55,821 nt of DNA from a bacterium (GTDB taxonomy: Bacteria; Bacillota; Negativicutes; Veillonellales; Dialisteraceae), in contig CAVHIJ010000001.1 in NCBI GenBank assembly GCA_963635945.1, positions 31,244 through 87,064 of the forward strand, written 5' to 3'. The notes beneath the pieces are model-generated. The model had not been told where the DNA came from and made no database searches. It was given only the letters and a program-made list of their open reading frames with translations. The stretch's first letter is position 1; each line of letters starts with the position of its first letter. A program made the translations under genes and the position numbers. Below, one piece after another: positions 8,918 to 19,854 of this stretch.

Positions 8918-9664
8918 ATGAATTTCGAATTGCGGGATGGGGAGCGATTGGACGATTTGGTGCGTGACGGTATGCGTATCATTCAAAGACGCGATCAATT
9001 TTGTTTTTCTGTCGATTCCGTTCTTTTGGCACATTTTGTTCCCATTAAAAAGCGGGATAAAATCGTTGATTTAGGGACGGGTACCGGTGTGATTCCGCTT
9101 CTGCTTTCCGCATTCGGTGCGAAGGATATTACGGCCATTGAAAAAAATTCCGTGATGGCGGATATTGCGATGAGAAATGTCCGCGGAAACGGGAAGGAAG
9201 ATGTGATTTCCATTGTGTGCGCCGATTATCGGAATGTGCGGAAACGGTTTTCGTCTGCATGTTTTACATCCGTTGTCGTAAATCCGCCGTACCGCAGTGT
9301 GGGGACGGGCCGGATGAGTGAAAAGGAAGATGTCGCCGCAGCCACGCATGAGACGACGGCAAGTCTTTCGGATGTGTTTTGCGCAGCTGCCTATCTTTGC
9401 GCTTACGGCGGAAGGCTCACTATGGTGCATCGCGCCGACCGCCTGGCGGATTTGATCGCCGAGGGGCGTGCACACGGATTTGAAATGAAACGAATTCGTT
9501 TCATTCATAGTCATGAAGGGGAAAATGCCAACCGGGTGTTGGCGGAATGGAGATTGGGCGGCAAAGCGGATGTGAAAGTGATGCCGCCGCTTATCGTGCA
9601 TCGATCGGACGGTTTGTATACAGAAGAAATGCTTTCTATTTACGGAAAGGAAATTCATGAGTGA
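8918..9664 (+). CDS. SAM-dependent methyltransferase, YabB/TrmN6-like (tRNA adenine-N6 type)
   Basis: SAM motif VDLGTGTGV and catalytic NPPY. Synteny between ricT and rsmI as for Bacillus yabB. Confidence 0.78.
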   Translation: MNFELRDGERLDDLVRDGMRIIQRRDQFCFSVDSVLLAHFVPIKKRDKIVDLGTGTGVIPLLLSAFGAKDITAIEKNSVMADIAMRNVRGNGKEDVISIVCADYRNVRKRFSSACFTSVVVNPPYRSVGTGRMSEKEDVAAATHETTASLSDVFCAAAYLCAYGGRLTMVHRADRLADLIAEGRAHGFEMKRIRFIHSHEGENANRVLAEWRLGGKADVKVMPPLIVHRSDGLYTEEMLSIYGKEIHE

Positions 9665-10505
9665 AGTCATGCCCGGCACATTGTATTTAGTGCCGACACC
9701 CATCGGAAATTTATCGGATATGACGAAACGCGCGGCGGACATTTTAGCCGACGTCGATATCGTGGCTTGTGAAGATACGCGGCATACGAGAATTTTACTT
9801 TCTCATTTGGAGCTTGAAAAAAACGTCGTTTCCTATCATGAGCATAATAAGGAAACAGCAGGGCCGAAATTAATCGAAGCGCTTTCGGAAGGAAAATCCG
9901 TCGCTCAAGTATCGGACGCAGGGATGCCCGTTATTTCCGATCCCGGTGCCGATTTAATCAAGCTGGCATTGGCGGCGCATATTTCCGTCGTGCCGCTTCC
10001 CGGACCCAATGCCGCCTTGACGGCGCTTGTCGCTTCGGGATTGGATGCCAGGCAATTTGTGTTTGTCGGATTTTTGCCGCGGACTTCGGCTAATCGAAAA
10101 GCTCTTTTGGATAGTATTAAAAAGATTCCGTTCACTTTAATTTTTTACGAAGCGCCGCACCGGCTGAAAGAAACGCTGAAAATTCTCTCTGAAACTTTGG
10201 GAAATCGCCAAGCTGTGACGGCAAGAGAGCTGACGAAAAAATTTGAAACATTTACCCGCGCCACGCTATCGGAACTTTTACAAAACGCGGAGGAAACAGA
10301 TCCGCGCGGTGAATATGTCGTCCTTGTCGAAGGATACAAGGGAGATGCAGAAGATGCAGAAGACAAAATGACGTGGCAGGAAGAAGCGATTCTGTTGGCG
10401 GAAACTTTACCCATAAAAGAAGCCGCCAGACAAGTGGCGGTCAAGAGAAATCTTGCTAGGAGAGAGGTATATCAATTTCTTTTAAAACGGGAAAATCGGG
10501 AGTAG
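9657..10505 (+). CDS. rsmI: 16S rRNA (cytidine1402-2'-O)-methyltransferase
   Basis: LYLVPTPIGNLSDMT and CEDTRHT motifs of the tetrapyrrole-methylase-fold RsmI family. Confidence 0.9.
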   Translation: MSEVMPGTLYLVPTPIGNLSDMTKRAADILADVDIVACEDTRHTRILLSHLELEKNVVSYHEHNKETAGPKLIEALSEGKSVAQVSDAGMPVISDPGADLIKLALAAHISVVPLPGPNAALTALVASGLDARQFVFVGFLPRTSANRKALLDSIKKIPFTLIFYEAPHRLKETLKILSETLGNRQAVTARELTKKFETFTRATLSELLQNAEETDPRGEYVVLVEGYKGDAEDAEDKMTWQEEAILLAETLPIKEAARQVAVKRNLARREVYQFLLKRENRE

Positions 10506-10535
10506 CGTTTTACGAAATGAAATGTTTTGTTTGTG

Positions 10536-10590
10536 TACCGATACCCAAAATCGGATATAAATTCCGACGATGGGGAATCGGTATTTTTTA
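10536..10590 (+). terminator. rho-independent terminator after rsmI (long imperfect hairpin)
   Basis: TACCGAT...ATCGGTA outer stem with inner CCCA/TGGG and TCGGA/TCCGA pairs, then TTTTTT. Confidence 0.65.
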
Positions 10591-10769
10591 TTGCGGTTAA
10601 TTAACGGGATGCGAAGCGAAGTCATGCATTTAATTTATATCAAATATTTTATTTATTTCGAACATGTGATACAATAAATAAGAATATAGGGTTTTTGTCG
10701 ACGTATGTTGATGTCATCGGTTGATTTTTCTTTATTGTAAAATTTGAGATACAGTTTGAGGGCCGTTCC

Positions 10770-11882
10770 ATGCAGGAGAAAATTTTCAAGGCCATATTTA
10801 TAGTACTGTTTGCTATCCTCGGCATCGTGCTGTCGGTGCAGTCCGAGACACTTTTAATCGAGCTGCTTCCGCATTCTGTCATTTCCGAATCTTTCCTTGG
10901 GGTGACATTGATTTCGATTGTTTTGATTATTTCCGGCGTAGTAATCGGCGCGGCGATGGGTTTTGCTCTGTCTCCTCATCTCACGCGCTGGCTTTTTGCG
11001 CTCATTACGGGGATGGAATCTTCCCTTTCGCAGCTTTCCACTTGGGATTTGTTGTTGGGGACTTTGGGGCTTTTCCTGGGACTTGTCGTCGCTAATTTAA
11101 TCGGGATGGCTTTTGATCAGGTGCCTGTGGTGGGACCGTATGTGTCGGTCGTGCTTTCGATTGTCCTCGGCTATTTGGGATTGCATCTTTGCCTGGGCAA
11201 GAAGAATGAAATGCTTGTCTTTGTGCAGTCGCATCAGGAAAATCTGAAGAAAAAAGACAAGAAGGAGAAAGAAAAGGAAAAAGGAAAACTGCTTGATACG
11301 AACATTATTATTGACGGGCGTATCGTCGATATTTATAAAAGCGGTTTTTTGGAAGGACCGATTATCGTGCCGGTTTTCGTATTGGAAGAGCTTCAAAAAA
11401 TTGCGGATTCTTCGGATTCCATTAAAAGAAATCGCGGGCGCAGGGGTCTTGATATTTTAAATCAACTTCGTCATGCGGATAAAGATGCTATCCGGATTGT
11501 GGCGGATGATTATGAAGATACGGAAGAAGTGGATTCCAAATTGGTGCGTTTGGCTCTCGATAAAGACTGGCGGATTATCACGAACGATTTCAATTTGAAT
11601 CAGGTGGCCGAGTTGCAGGGAATTACGGTGATGAATCTCAATGATTTGGCCAAGGCGATGAAACCGCCGGTCATTCCGGGCGAGCAGCTGTTTGTACAAC
11701 TGATCAAGCAAGGGAAGGAAGACAATCAGGGTGTGGCGTATTTGGATGACGGCACAATGATTGTCGTGGCGGGCGGCAGTCATGCCATCGGTCATGAAGT
11801 GCCCGTTATCATCACGTCTGTATATCAGACGGCGGCCGGGCGAATGATTTTTGCTAAATTGGAAGAATTTGAAAATGAATAG
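10770..11882 (+). CDS. yacL: PIN/TRAM domain membrane protein (YacL-like)
   Basis: Four N-terminal TM helices, a K/E-rich linker, a PIN-like domain (LLDTNIIIDGRI) and a C-terminal TRAM-like domain. Directly upstream of ispD/ispF as in Bacillus. Confidence 0.8.
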   Translation: MQEKIFKAIFIVLFAILGIVLSVQSETLLIELLPHSVISESFLGVTLISIVLIISGVVIGAAMGFALSPHLTRWLFALITGMESSLSQLSTWDLLLGTLGLFLGLVVANLIGMAFDQVPVVGPYVSVVLSIVLGYLGLHLCLGKKNEMLVFVQSHQENLKKKDKKEKEKEKGKLLDTNIIIDGRIVDIYKSGFLEGPIIVPVFVLEELQKIADSSDSIKRNRGRRGLDILNQLRHADKDAIRIVADDYEDTEEVDSKLVRLALDKDWRIITNDFNLNQVAELQGITVMNLNDLAKAMKPPVIPGEQLFVQLIKQGKEDNQGVAYLDDGTMIVVAGGSHAIGHEVPVIITSVYQTAAGRMIFAKLEEFENE

Positions 11883-13044
11883 TCTGATTGTGGTAGCGGC
11901 GGGGCGCGGTGAGCGTTTCGGGGCTGCCGAAAATAAATTGCTAACCCCGATCGGCGGCAGACCTCTTATCGAAACGACTCTGCACCATGTGATGCAGAGT
12001 TCTTTATTGGATGAAATCATCTTGGTGACGATGCCGGAGGAAAGAGAAACTTTTGAGGGTATTGTTTCCCGTATCGGCGGCCGGATTCCGGTGAAATATG
12101 CTGACGGCGGGTCGACTCGAACGGAATCGGTGGCAAACGGTCTCATGGCTGTTTCCATGGAGTCGGATAATGTACTGGTGCATGACGGTGCGCGCCCGGG
12201 CGTCTTGGGAGTGGATTTTGATCGGCTGATTTCCGAACTTTCGGATGACAGGCCGGCGGTGCTTTTTGCCGTAGATTGCGTCGATACGATAAAGGAAACG
12301 GATGAAAAGGGGCGTGTCCTGCGCACACCGAATCGGAGCCGTTTGAAACGCGCACAGACGCCGCAGGGGGCAAGAACTCGTATTTTCCGTGAGTGTATGA
12401 AAAAAATCACGGAAGAACATATGTCTGTCACGGATGATGCTTCGATCTTGGAAATATGCGGTGTGCCCGTGGTCTGTATGCCGGGGCGGGAATCGTTTTT
12501 TAAAATTACGTTTTCTGAGGACGGAGAACGATTGGAATCCATGGATGAGAAAAATTTTCCGCAAATTCGTATCGGACAAGGGTACGACATTCATCGATTC
12601 GATGCGTCGCGTCCGCTCATTTTGGGCGGGGTGCGGATTCGGGAAAACGGCGGACTTTTGGGACATTCGGATGCCGATGTCTTGGTGCATGCCATTATGG
12701 ATGCGCTTTTGGGGGCCGCAGGGCTTCCGGATATCGGGCATTGGTTTCCCGATACGGATCCGAGTTTTGCCGGAATTTCCAGTTTGCTTTTGCTGGAACG
12801 GGTATCGGATATATTAAAGGAATATGGATATTCTGTGGGAAATATCGACAGTACGATTTTGGCCGAAGAACCGAAAATGGCGCCTTATATTGAAGCGATG
12901 CGGCAAAATTTGGCGAATATATTGCATATTTTACCCACGCGGATTAATATAAAAGCTACAACGAACGAAACTTTGGGTGCTATCGGACGAAAAGAAGGCG
13001 TTGCGGCCATGGCGAGTGCGCTGGTGCGCAAAGAGAGTTTATAA
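11875..13044 (+). CDS. ispDF: bifunctional 2-C-methyl-D-erythritol 4-phosphate cytidylyltransferase / 2,4-cyclodiphosphate synthase
   Basis: IspD N-terminus (IVVAAGRGERFG) fused in one frame to IspF (IGQGYDIHRF...GHSDADVLVHA). ATG 11875 overlaps the yacL stop by 8 nt. Confidence 0.9.
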   Translation: MNSLIVVAAGRGERFGAAENKLLTPIGGRPLIETTLHHVMQSSLLDEIILVTMPEERETFEGIVSRIGGRIPVKYADGGSTRTESVANGLMAVSMESDNVLVHDGARPGVLGVDFDRLISELSDDRPAVLFAVDCVDTIKETDEKGRVLRTPNRSRLKRAQTPQGARTRIFRECMKKITEEHMSVTDDASILEICGVPVVCMPGRESFFKITFSEDGERLESMDEKNFPQIRIGQGYDIHRFDASRPLILGGVRIRENGGLLGHSDADVLVHAIMDALLGAAGLPDIGHWFPDTDPSFAGISSLLLLERVSDILKEYGYSVGNIDSTILAEEPKMAPYIEAMRQNLANILHILPTRINIKATTNETLGAIGRKEGVAAMASALVRKESL

Positions 13045-13064
13045 ATCAATTTTAGGAGGAAATT

Positions 13065-14531
13065 ATGGCTGGTAATTTGAAGGTACGTTTTGCACCGAGC
13101 CCGACGGGGCCTTTTCATATCGGAGGTGCGCGCAGTGCGCTTTTCAATTGGCTCGTGGCACGGCATGAGGGCGGTACGTTTTTGCTCCGCATTGAGGATA
13201 CGGATTTGGCGCGTTCCAGTCGTGAGTCGGAAGAAAATATCAAAGAATCCATGCGTTGGCTTGGACTTTTTTGGGATGAAGGGATCGATGTCGGTGGAGA
13301 AAACGGACCGTACCGTCAGACGGAGCGTCTCGATTTGTACAAAAAAGAGGTGGAGCGCCTTATCTCCGAAGGAAAGGCTTATTATTGCTATTGCACGCAG
13401 GAAGAAATCGAGGAAGAGCGTAAGACACAGTTGGCGGAAGGAAAGACGCCGGTCTATGGCGGGCATTGCCGTCATTTGACGCCCGAGCAAATCGCAAAAT
13501 ACGAAGCGGAAGGGCGGAAACCGGTGGTGCGTCTTCGCGTGCCGACCGATGAAGTGTACGCTTTCGATGATATGGTACGCGGACATGTGGAATTTCAGTC
13601 TTCCGGGGTCGGTGATTTCATTATTATGAAATCGGATGGAATCCCGGTCTATAATTTTGCCGTCGTGATTGACGATGCTTTTATGAAATGTACGCATGTC
13701 ATTCGCGCGGAGGAACATTTGTCCAATACACCGCGACAGATTGCCATTTATCGTGCGCTCGGTTATCCGATTCCGAAATTCGGACATATTTCTTTGATTT
13801 TGGGTGCCGATCACAAAAAAATGTCCAAGCGTCACGGTGCGACTTCGGTGACGGCGTATAAAGAAATGGGATATTTGCCGGATGCGGTCGTGAATTATTT
13901 GGCGCTTCTCGGTTGGGCGCCGAAAGGGGAACAGGAAATTTTTTCTCGCGAAGAACTCATTCGCGAATTTTCCATGGATCGCGTTTCCTCCAACGATGCC
14001 GTATTTGATATTCAAAAGTTGAATCATATCAATTTTCAATACATGAAGAAATTGGGGACGGCGGAGCTGACGGATTTCCTGCTTCCGTTCTTGGAAAGAG
14101 CGGGATATGTGACGCTTCCGCTTTCCGCCGAAAAGCGAGCTTGGTTGGAAGCCGTCACGGAATTTTTGCGCGATCGTATTTCCTACGGGGCCGAAGCGCC
14201 GGAACAGATGAAAATGTTCTTTACGGATGTGCCGGCATTTGAGGATGAGGAAGTCGTTTCCATGATGAAGAAGGAAACGGCTGCCGCAATTCTTGGCGCA
14301 TATTCGGCGTCTTTGGAAGCGCTTCCGGAATTTACCGAAGAGGCGGTCACGGCGGCTTTCAAAGCAGTGATGAAAGAAACGGGAATAAAAGGGAAAGATG
14401 CGTTTGAGCCCGTGCGCATCGCATTGACCGGCGTCACCAAAGGACCCGGTATGTATACGATGATGATTCTGTTCGGCAGAGAGGAAACACTTTTGCGACT
14501 GCGTAAAGGTTTGGCTTTCTGTGAGGCGTAA
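13065..14531 (+). CDS. gltX: glutamate--tRNA ligase
   Basis: Class I signatures HIGG and KMSKR. N-terminus RFAPSPTGPFHIGGARSALFNW. Confidence 0.95.
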   Translation: MAGNLKVRFAPSPTGPFHIGGARSALFNWLVARHEGGTFLLRIEDTDLARSSRESEENIKESMRWLGLFWDEGIDVGGENGPYRQTERLDLYKKEVERLISEGKAYYCYCTQEEIEEERKTQLAEGKTPVYGGHCRHLTPEQIAKYEAEGRKPVVRLRVPTDEVYAFDDMVRGHVEFQSSGVGDFIIMKSDGIPVYNFAVVIDDAFMKCTHVIRAEEHLSNTPRQIAIYRALGYPIPKFGHISLILGADHKKMSKRHGATSVTAYKEMGYLPDAVVNYLALLGWAPKGEQEIFSREELIREFSMDRVSSNDAVFDIQKLNHINFQYMKKLGTAELTDFLLPFLERAGYVTLPLSAEKRAWLEAVTEFLRDRISYGAEAPEQMKMFFTDVPAFEDEEVVSMMKKETAAAILGAYSASLEALPEFTEEAVTAAFKAVMKETGIKGKDAFEPVRIALTGVTKGPGMYTMMILFGREETLLRLRKGLAFCEA

Positions 14532-14542
14532 GGGACGATATT

Positions 14543-15189
14543 ATGGGTTTTGATTTCGGATTGATTGAAAAGGCATTTCCTCTTCTTTTGATGGGAGCGG
14601 CCGTGACGATTGAAATCACGGCGGTATCCGTGGCGCTCGGTTTCTTTATTGGGCTCGTCGTCGGGGTGTCGCGTATTTCCGGCTATAGGATTTTGCGCAT
14701 TTTGGCGGCGATTTATGCGGATTGCATTCGCGGGACTCCGCTTCTGGTGCAAATATTTTTGATTTATTTTGCACTTCCCATTGCCACGGGAGCGCGTGTG
14801 GATCCTTTCGCGGCGGCGGTTCTTGCTTGCGGGATCAACAGCGGTGCTTATGTATCCGAAATTTTTCGAGCGGGAATTCAGGCCATTGATCCCGGGCAGA
14901 TGGAGGCCGGCCGATCGCTGGGATTGACTTGGTGGCAGACCATGCGGTATGTCATTTTGCCGCAGGCGATTAAAAACATTTTGCCGCCGCTCGGAAATGA
15001 ATTTATCGCTATGCTGAAAGATTCTTCGCTCGTGTCCGTTATCGGATTTGAAGAATTGACACGTAGGGGACAACTTATCATTGCGCAGACTTACGGATCT
15101 TTTGAAATTTGGCTCACTGTCGCGGCGCTGTATCTTTCGATGACACTTGCGATTTCGCGTCTGATTGCGTATCTGGAGGCAAAATCGAA

Positions 15190-15193
<4 letters not shown>
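14543..15193 (+). CDS. polar amino acid ABC transporter permease (His/Glu/Gln/Arg/opine family)
   Basis: 216 aa, five TM helices, with the [16 protein letters not shown] and EAA-like region typical of GlnP/ArtQ-type permeases. Confidence 0.88.
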
Positions 15194-15918
<725 letters not shown>

Positions 15919-15970
15919 TACCGATATAGTTCGATTATTAAGATGTTCCGTTATGTTTCCGTATTTTGGA

Positions 15971-15999
15971 TTGACGAAAACATAAAATTATGATAAATT
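15971..15999 (+). promoter_or_regulatory. sigma70/SigA-type promoter of the cold-shock gene
   Basis: TTGACG, 17-nt spacer, TAAATT with an extended -10 TG (TGaTAAATT). Confidence 0.6.
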
Positions 16000-16016
16000 A
16001 CTTTTATGCCTTGTAA

Positions 16017-16086
16017 GAAACCGTCGTACGACATATCTCCTGCCGACCGATTGGAAGGAATATGTAGCGGCGGTTTTCTGTTTTTT
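16017..16086 (+). promoter_or_regulatory. long hairpin plus U-run in the csp 5' leader (terminator/attenuator-like or thermosensor)
   Basis: GAAACCGTCG pairs with CGGCGGTTTTC. Inner ACATAT/ATATGT and TCC/GGA pairs extend the stem, followed by TGTTTTTT. Lies between the promoter and the csp RBS. Confidence 0.5.
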
Positions 16087-16117
16087 ATACAGAGGCAAGT
16101 GTTTTTTCAGGAGGAAC

Positions 16118-16318
16118 ATGATGAAAGGTACGGTTAAGTGGTTCAGCGATGAAAAGGGCTACGGTTTTATTGAAAAGGAAACCGGCGGCGATGTATTTGT
16201 ACATTTTTCCGCAATCAAAGCTGAAGGCTTCAAGACGTTGAAGGAAGGCCAGCAGGTCGAATTCGAAGTCACGGAAGGTGCCAGAGGCCAGCAGGCTGTC
16301 GACGTAGTCGCTCTCTGA
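16118..16318 (+). CDS. cold shock protein (CspA family)
   Basis: 66 aa with RNP1 KGYGFI and RNP2 VFVHF motifs. RBS is AGGAGG. Confidence 0.93.
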   Translation: MMKGTVKWFSDEKGYGFIEKETGGDVFVHFSAIKAEGFKTLKEGQQVEFEVTEGARGQQAVDVVAL

Positions 16319-16361
16319 TCACTGACTCCGCGGGAATTCTCGCACATACAAAAAACGAAAG

Positions 16362-16386
16362 CCTCGGATCGATCCGAGGTTTTTTC
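16362..16386 (+). terminator. rho-independent terminator after csp
   Basis: CCTCGGATC/GATCCGAGG perfect stem followed by a T-run. The A-tract upstream suggests it could act in both directions. Confidence 0.85.
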
Positions 16387-16529
16387 GTTTTTTTCGTTTA
16401 GATGACTTTAATTATTTTTTAGTATGCTTTATAATGTATGTATAGGAAGCAAGAGTCGGTGCGGATTTTTAATGATTTTTGTTTCCGAAAAGGACGTCGA
16501 ATGTCCCGTATAAGACAGGAGGAATTATT

Positions 16530-17066
16530 ATGGAACTGACAATCAGAGGAAAGAACATTGAAATGACGGAAGCCCTCAACAATTATGTGGAAAAACATAC
16601 GGGCAAAATTCAGAGATATTTCGATAAACCGATTAAAATGAATGTGCTTCTTCGTATTTCCAATATGACAAAGACGTGCGAAGTGACGGTATTCGTAAAC
16701 GGAGTCATTTTGCGCGGTGTGGAAAAGTCCGACGATATGTATAAGTCCATCGATTTGGTTTTCGATAAAGTGGAACGGCAGATTCATAAATATAAGACAC
16801 GTTTGGCAAAACGTTTCAAAGAACAAAAAGTGTTTGCGCCCACATTTGCGGCGGAATCCGAAATCGAATCGGAGCAGGATTCGGAACTTGAAATCGTCCG
16901 CACGAAGCGTTTCTCCATTGGGACGATGACGCCTGAAGAAGCGGTGTTGCAGATGAATCTTTTGGGACATACATTCTACATGTTCTTCAATGCCGTATCC
17001 GGTACGCATTCCGTCGTTTATAAGAGAGACGAAGGAAAGTACGGCTTGATTGAAGCGGATAAATAA
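16530..17066 (+). CDS. hpf: ribosome hibernation promoting factor (long HPF)
   Basis: ATG 16530 follows AGGAGG. MELTIRGKNIEMTEALNNYVEKH is a sigma54-modulation/YfiA-type N-terminus, with the long-HPF C-terminal dimerisation domain. Sits upstream of secA as Bacillus yvyD does. Confidence 0.9.
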   Translation: MELTIRGKNIEMTEALNNYVEKHTGKIQRYFDKPIKMNVLLRISNMTKTCEVTVFVNGVILRGVEKSDDMYKSIDLVFDKVERQIHKYKTRLAKRFKEQKVFAPTFAAESEIESEQDSELEIVRTKRFSIGTMTPEEAVLQMNLLGHTFYMFFNAVSGTHSVVYKRDEGKYGLIEADK

Positions 17067-17077
17067 TCGAAACGAAA

Positions 17078-17106
17078 AGGGGAGGCGTGTCCTCCTCTTT
17101 TTTCTT
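17078..17106 (+). terminator. rho-independent terminator after hpf
   Basis: AGGGGAGG-cgtgt-CCTCCTCT stem followed by TTTTTT. Confidence 0.8.
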
Positions 17107-17251
17107 TGACTATAACATCTTATTTTGATAAAATATATATTGATATGCGCTTGAATAAAATGAGAGTGTTACGATAAAGATACCTGTGTTTTGCGGGGAT
17201 TGTTTTGAAAATAGAAATTGATAGGGGATTACGGTATAAGGAGTTGTTTGC

Positions 17252-19744
17252 ATGCTGAAAATTTTAGACAGACTCTTCAACGGCTCGAATGAGAAGGAAG
17301 TCAAAAAGCTTCGCAAAATTGTCGAAGAAAAAATAAATCCGTTGGAGCCGAAAATGGCGGCCATGAGCGATACTAAGCTGGCCGGCATGACGTTTGAGTT
17401 CAAGGAACGTCTCGCCAAAGGGGAATCGTTGGACGATATCCTTCCGGAGGCTTTCGCGGTGATTCGCGAAGCGTCGCGTCGTGTTCTCGGAATGCGGCAT
17501 TTCGATGTGCAGCTTATCGGCGGGATTGTGCTTCATCAGGGGCGTATTGCGGAAATGTCTACGGGCGAAGGGAAAACGCTCGTTGCCACGCTTCCGACGT
17601 ATTTGAACGCTCTCGAAGGAAAGGGTGCTCATGTTATCACGGTTAATGATTATCTGGCCAAGCGTGACAGTGAGCAGATGGGGCAGGTTTATAAGTTTTT
17701 GAAACTTTCCGTCGGGCTTATCGCTCATGATATGGAACCGGCGGCTCGTAAGCTTGCGTATAATTCCGATATCACGTATGGGACGAATAATGAGTTCGGT
17801 TTCGATTATTTGCGTGATAATATGGTTTCTTCCGTGGATCAGATGGTGCAACGTCCGCTTCATTATTGCTTAATCGATGAAGTCGACTCCATTTTGATCG
17901 ATGAAGCGCGTACGCCGCTTATCATTTCCGGTCCGGGACAGAAATCGACGGATAATTATTATGTTTTGGCTAAATATGTCCCCAAGCTTGTCAAAGATGA
18001 AGATTATACGGTCGATGAAAAGCAGAAGACCGTCGCGCCGACGGAGCAGGGCGTGGCCAAGATGGAAAAGATGCTCGGCGTCGGAAACTTGTATGATACC
18101 GAAAACATTGAGTTCAACCATCTTTTTACGCAGGCTCTTCGTGCGCAGGTCATGATGACGCGGGATAAGGACTATGTCGTAAAAGATGGCGAAGTCATTA
18201 TCGTCGATGAATTTACGGGTCGTCTGATGCACGGGCGTCGGTATTCCGATGGGCTCCATCAAGCGATTGAAGCGAAGGAAGGACTCAGGGTCGAGCGTGA
18301 AAGTCAGACGCTGGCGACGATTACTTTCCAGAATTATTTCCGTATGTACGATAAGCTGGCCGGTATGACCGGTACGGCGAAGACGGAAGAGCAGGAATTT
18401 ATCAAAATTTACGGCTTGGATGTCGTACAGATTCCAACAAATAAACCGGTCATTCGTACCGATTTGCCGGATTCCATTTATAAAACGAAACGCGGTAAAT
18501 ACAGAGCTGTCGTCCGGGAAGTAGAGCGCCGTCATGCGTTGGGACAGCCGATGCTGATCGGGACGACGTCCATCGAGCAGTCCGAGCAGCTTTCACATAT
18601 GCTGAAACAAGCCGGAATCGTGCATAATGTTCTCAATGCGAAATTCCATGAAATGGAAGCTAATATCGTCGCACAGGCGGGGCAAAAAGGCCAAGTCACC
18701 ATTGCAACGAATATGGCGGGACGCGGAACGGATATTGTGTTGGGTGAAGGTGTCGCCGAATTGGGCGGTCTTGCCATTATCGGTACGGAGCGTCATGAAA
18801 GTCGTCGTATCGACAATCAGCTTCGCGGCCGTTCCGGTCGTCAGGGCGATCCCGGAAGTTCGCAGTTTTTCCTGTCGCTCGAAGATGATTTGCTTCGCAT
18901 TTTCGGTGGGGATAATATCAAGAGTTTCATGGAAAAAATGGGATTGGAAGAAGATGAAGAAATTAAATCTTCCATGGTTTCCAATGCCATTCGTCGTGCG
19001 CAAAAACGCGTGGAAACCCGTAACTTCGATATCCGTAAATACGTCTTGGAATATGACGACGTTATGAACCAACAGCGCAAAGTGCTTTACGAACAGCGGC
19101 GTCGTATTTTGGACGGTGAAAATATGAAAGACCAAATCATGAATATGGTCGATCGACTGATTGATGAAGGCATGGATATGTATGCGGACGCCAAGCTGTA
19201 TCCGGAAGAATGGGATTACTCGGCATTGCTTAAATATTGTGAGAAATATTGCATTGCTCCCGGGGATATTAAAATCGAAGATGTCGAAGATTATTCCCGT
19301 GAAGATATGGAAAATTTGCTGAAAAAGACAGCGCATGAAACGTATGACATGCGTGAAGAATCCATCGGTTCTGCGATGATGCGCGAATTGGAAAAAGCAG
19401 TCATGCTCAAAGTTGTCGATTCCAAATGGATGGAGCATTTGGACGATATGGATATGCTGAAAGAAGGCATCAGTCTTCGTTCGTACGGGCAGCGCAATCC
19501 GATTGTCGAATACAAAGTGGAAGCTTTTGACATGTACGAAGAAATGCAGCATGCCATGATGGAAACCATTATTTTGTATTTGTATCACATTCAGGTACAG
19601 TTTACCCGAGAAGAAGCGTCCGAAGCGCCGATGCCGGAAGCAGTCGAAGAAACCGATCGGCTTAAAGATGCTACGGAAAATTATGTAGAAGAAGACGGCT
19701 CGACAAAGCCGGAAGCGGCGGAACCGTCCGAGACCGAAGAATAA
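17252..19744 (+). CDS. secA: preprotein translocase ATPase SecA
   Basis: 830 aa. DEAD-like motor motifs ([56 protein letters not shown]). Confidence 0.97.
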   Translation: MLKILDRLFNGSNEKEVKKLRKIVEEKINPLEPKMAAMSDTKLAGMTFEFKERLAKGESLDDILPEAFAVIREASRRVLGMRHFDVQLIGGIVLHQGRIAEMSTGEGKTLVATLPTYLNALEGKGAHVITVNDYLAKRDSEQMGQVYKFLKLSVGLIAHDMEPAARKLAYNSDITYGTNNEFGFDYLRDNMVSSVDQMVQRPLHYCLIDEVDSILIDEARTPLIISGPGQKSTDNYYVLAKYVPKLVKDEDYTVDEKQKTVAPTEQGVAKMEKMLGVGNLYDTENIEFNHLFTQALRAQVMMTRDKDYVVKDGEVIIVDEFTGRLMHGRRYSDGLHQAIEAKEGLRVERESQTLATITFQNYFRMYDKLAGMTGTAKTEEQEFIKIYGLDVVQIPTNKPVIRTDLPDSIYKTKRGKYRAVVREVERRHALGQPMLIGTTSIEQSEQLSHMLKQAGIVHNVLNAKFHEMEANIVAQAGQKGQVTIATNMAGRGTDIVLGEGVAELGGLAIIGTERHESRRIDNQLRGRSGRQGDPGSSQFFLSLEDDLLRIFGGDNIKSFMEKMGLEEDEEIKSSMVSNAIRRAQKRVETRNFDIRKYVLEYDDVMNQQRKVLYEQRRRILDGENMKDQIMNMVDRLIDEGMDMYADAKLYPEEWDYSALLKYCEKYCIAPGDIKIEDVEDYSREDMENLLKKTAHETYDMREESIGSAMMRELEKAVMLKVVDSKWMEHLDDMDMLKEGISLRSYGQRNPIVEYKVEAFDMYEEMQHAMMETIILYLYHIQVQFTREEASEAPMPEAVEETDRLKDATENYVEEDGSTKPEAAEPSETEE

Positions 19745-19854
19745 AAAAGATTCGGGAACAAAATAAAATCAATCATGACCGCGGGGAAATCCGGAATATG
19801 TCCGTTACCCGAGTGGAGCCCTTACCATGAGGCTCCGTATAGAAAGAGAGTGGA

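Noticed and set aside
17135-17167. 10-codon upstream ORF (MRLNKMRVLR) before secA, as a possible SecM-like leader peptide
   Set aside because: It has no Shine-Dalgarno sequence, no arrest-peptide-like motif and is very short. It is most likely a chance ORF in AT-rich promoter DNA.
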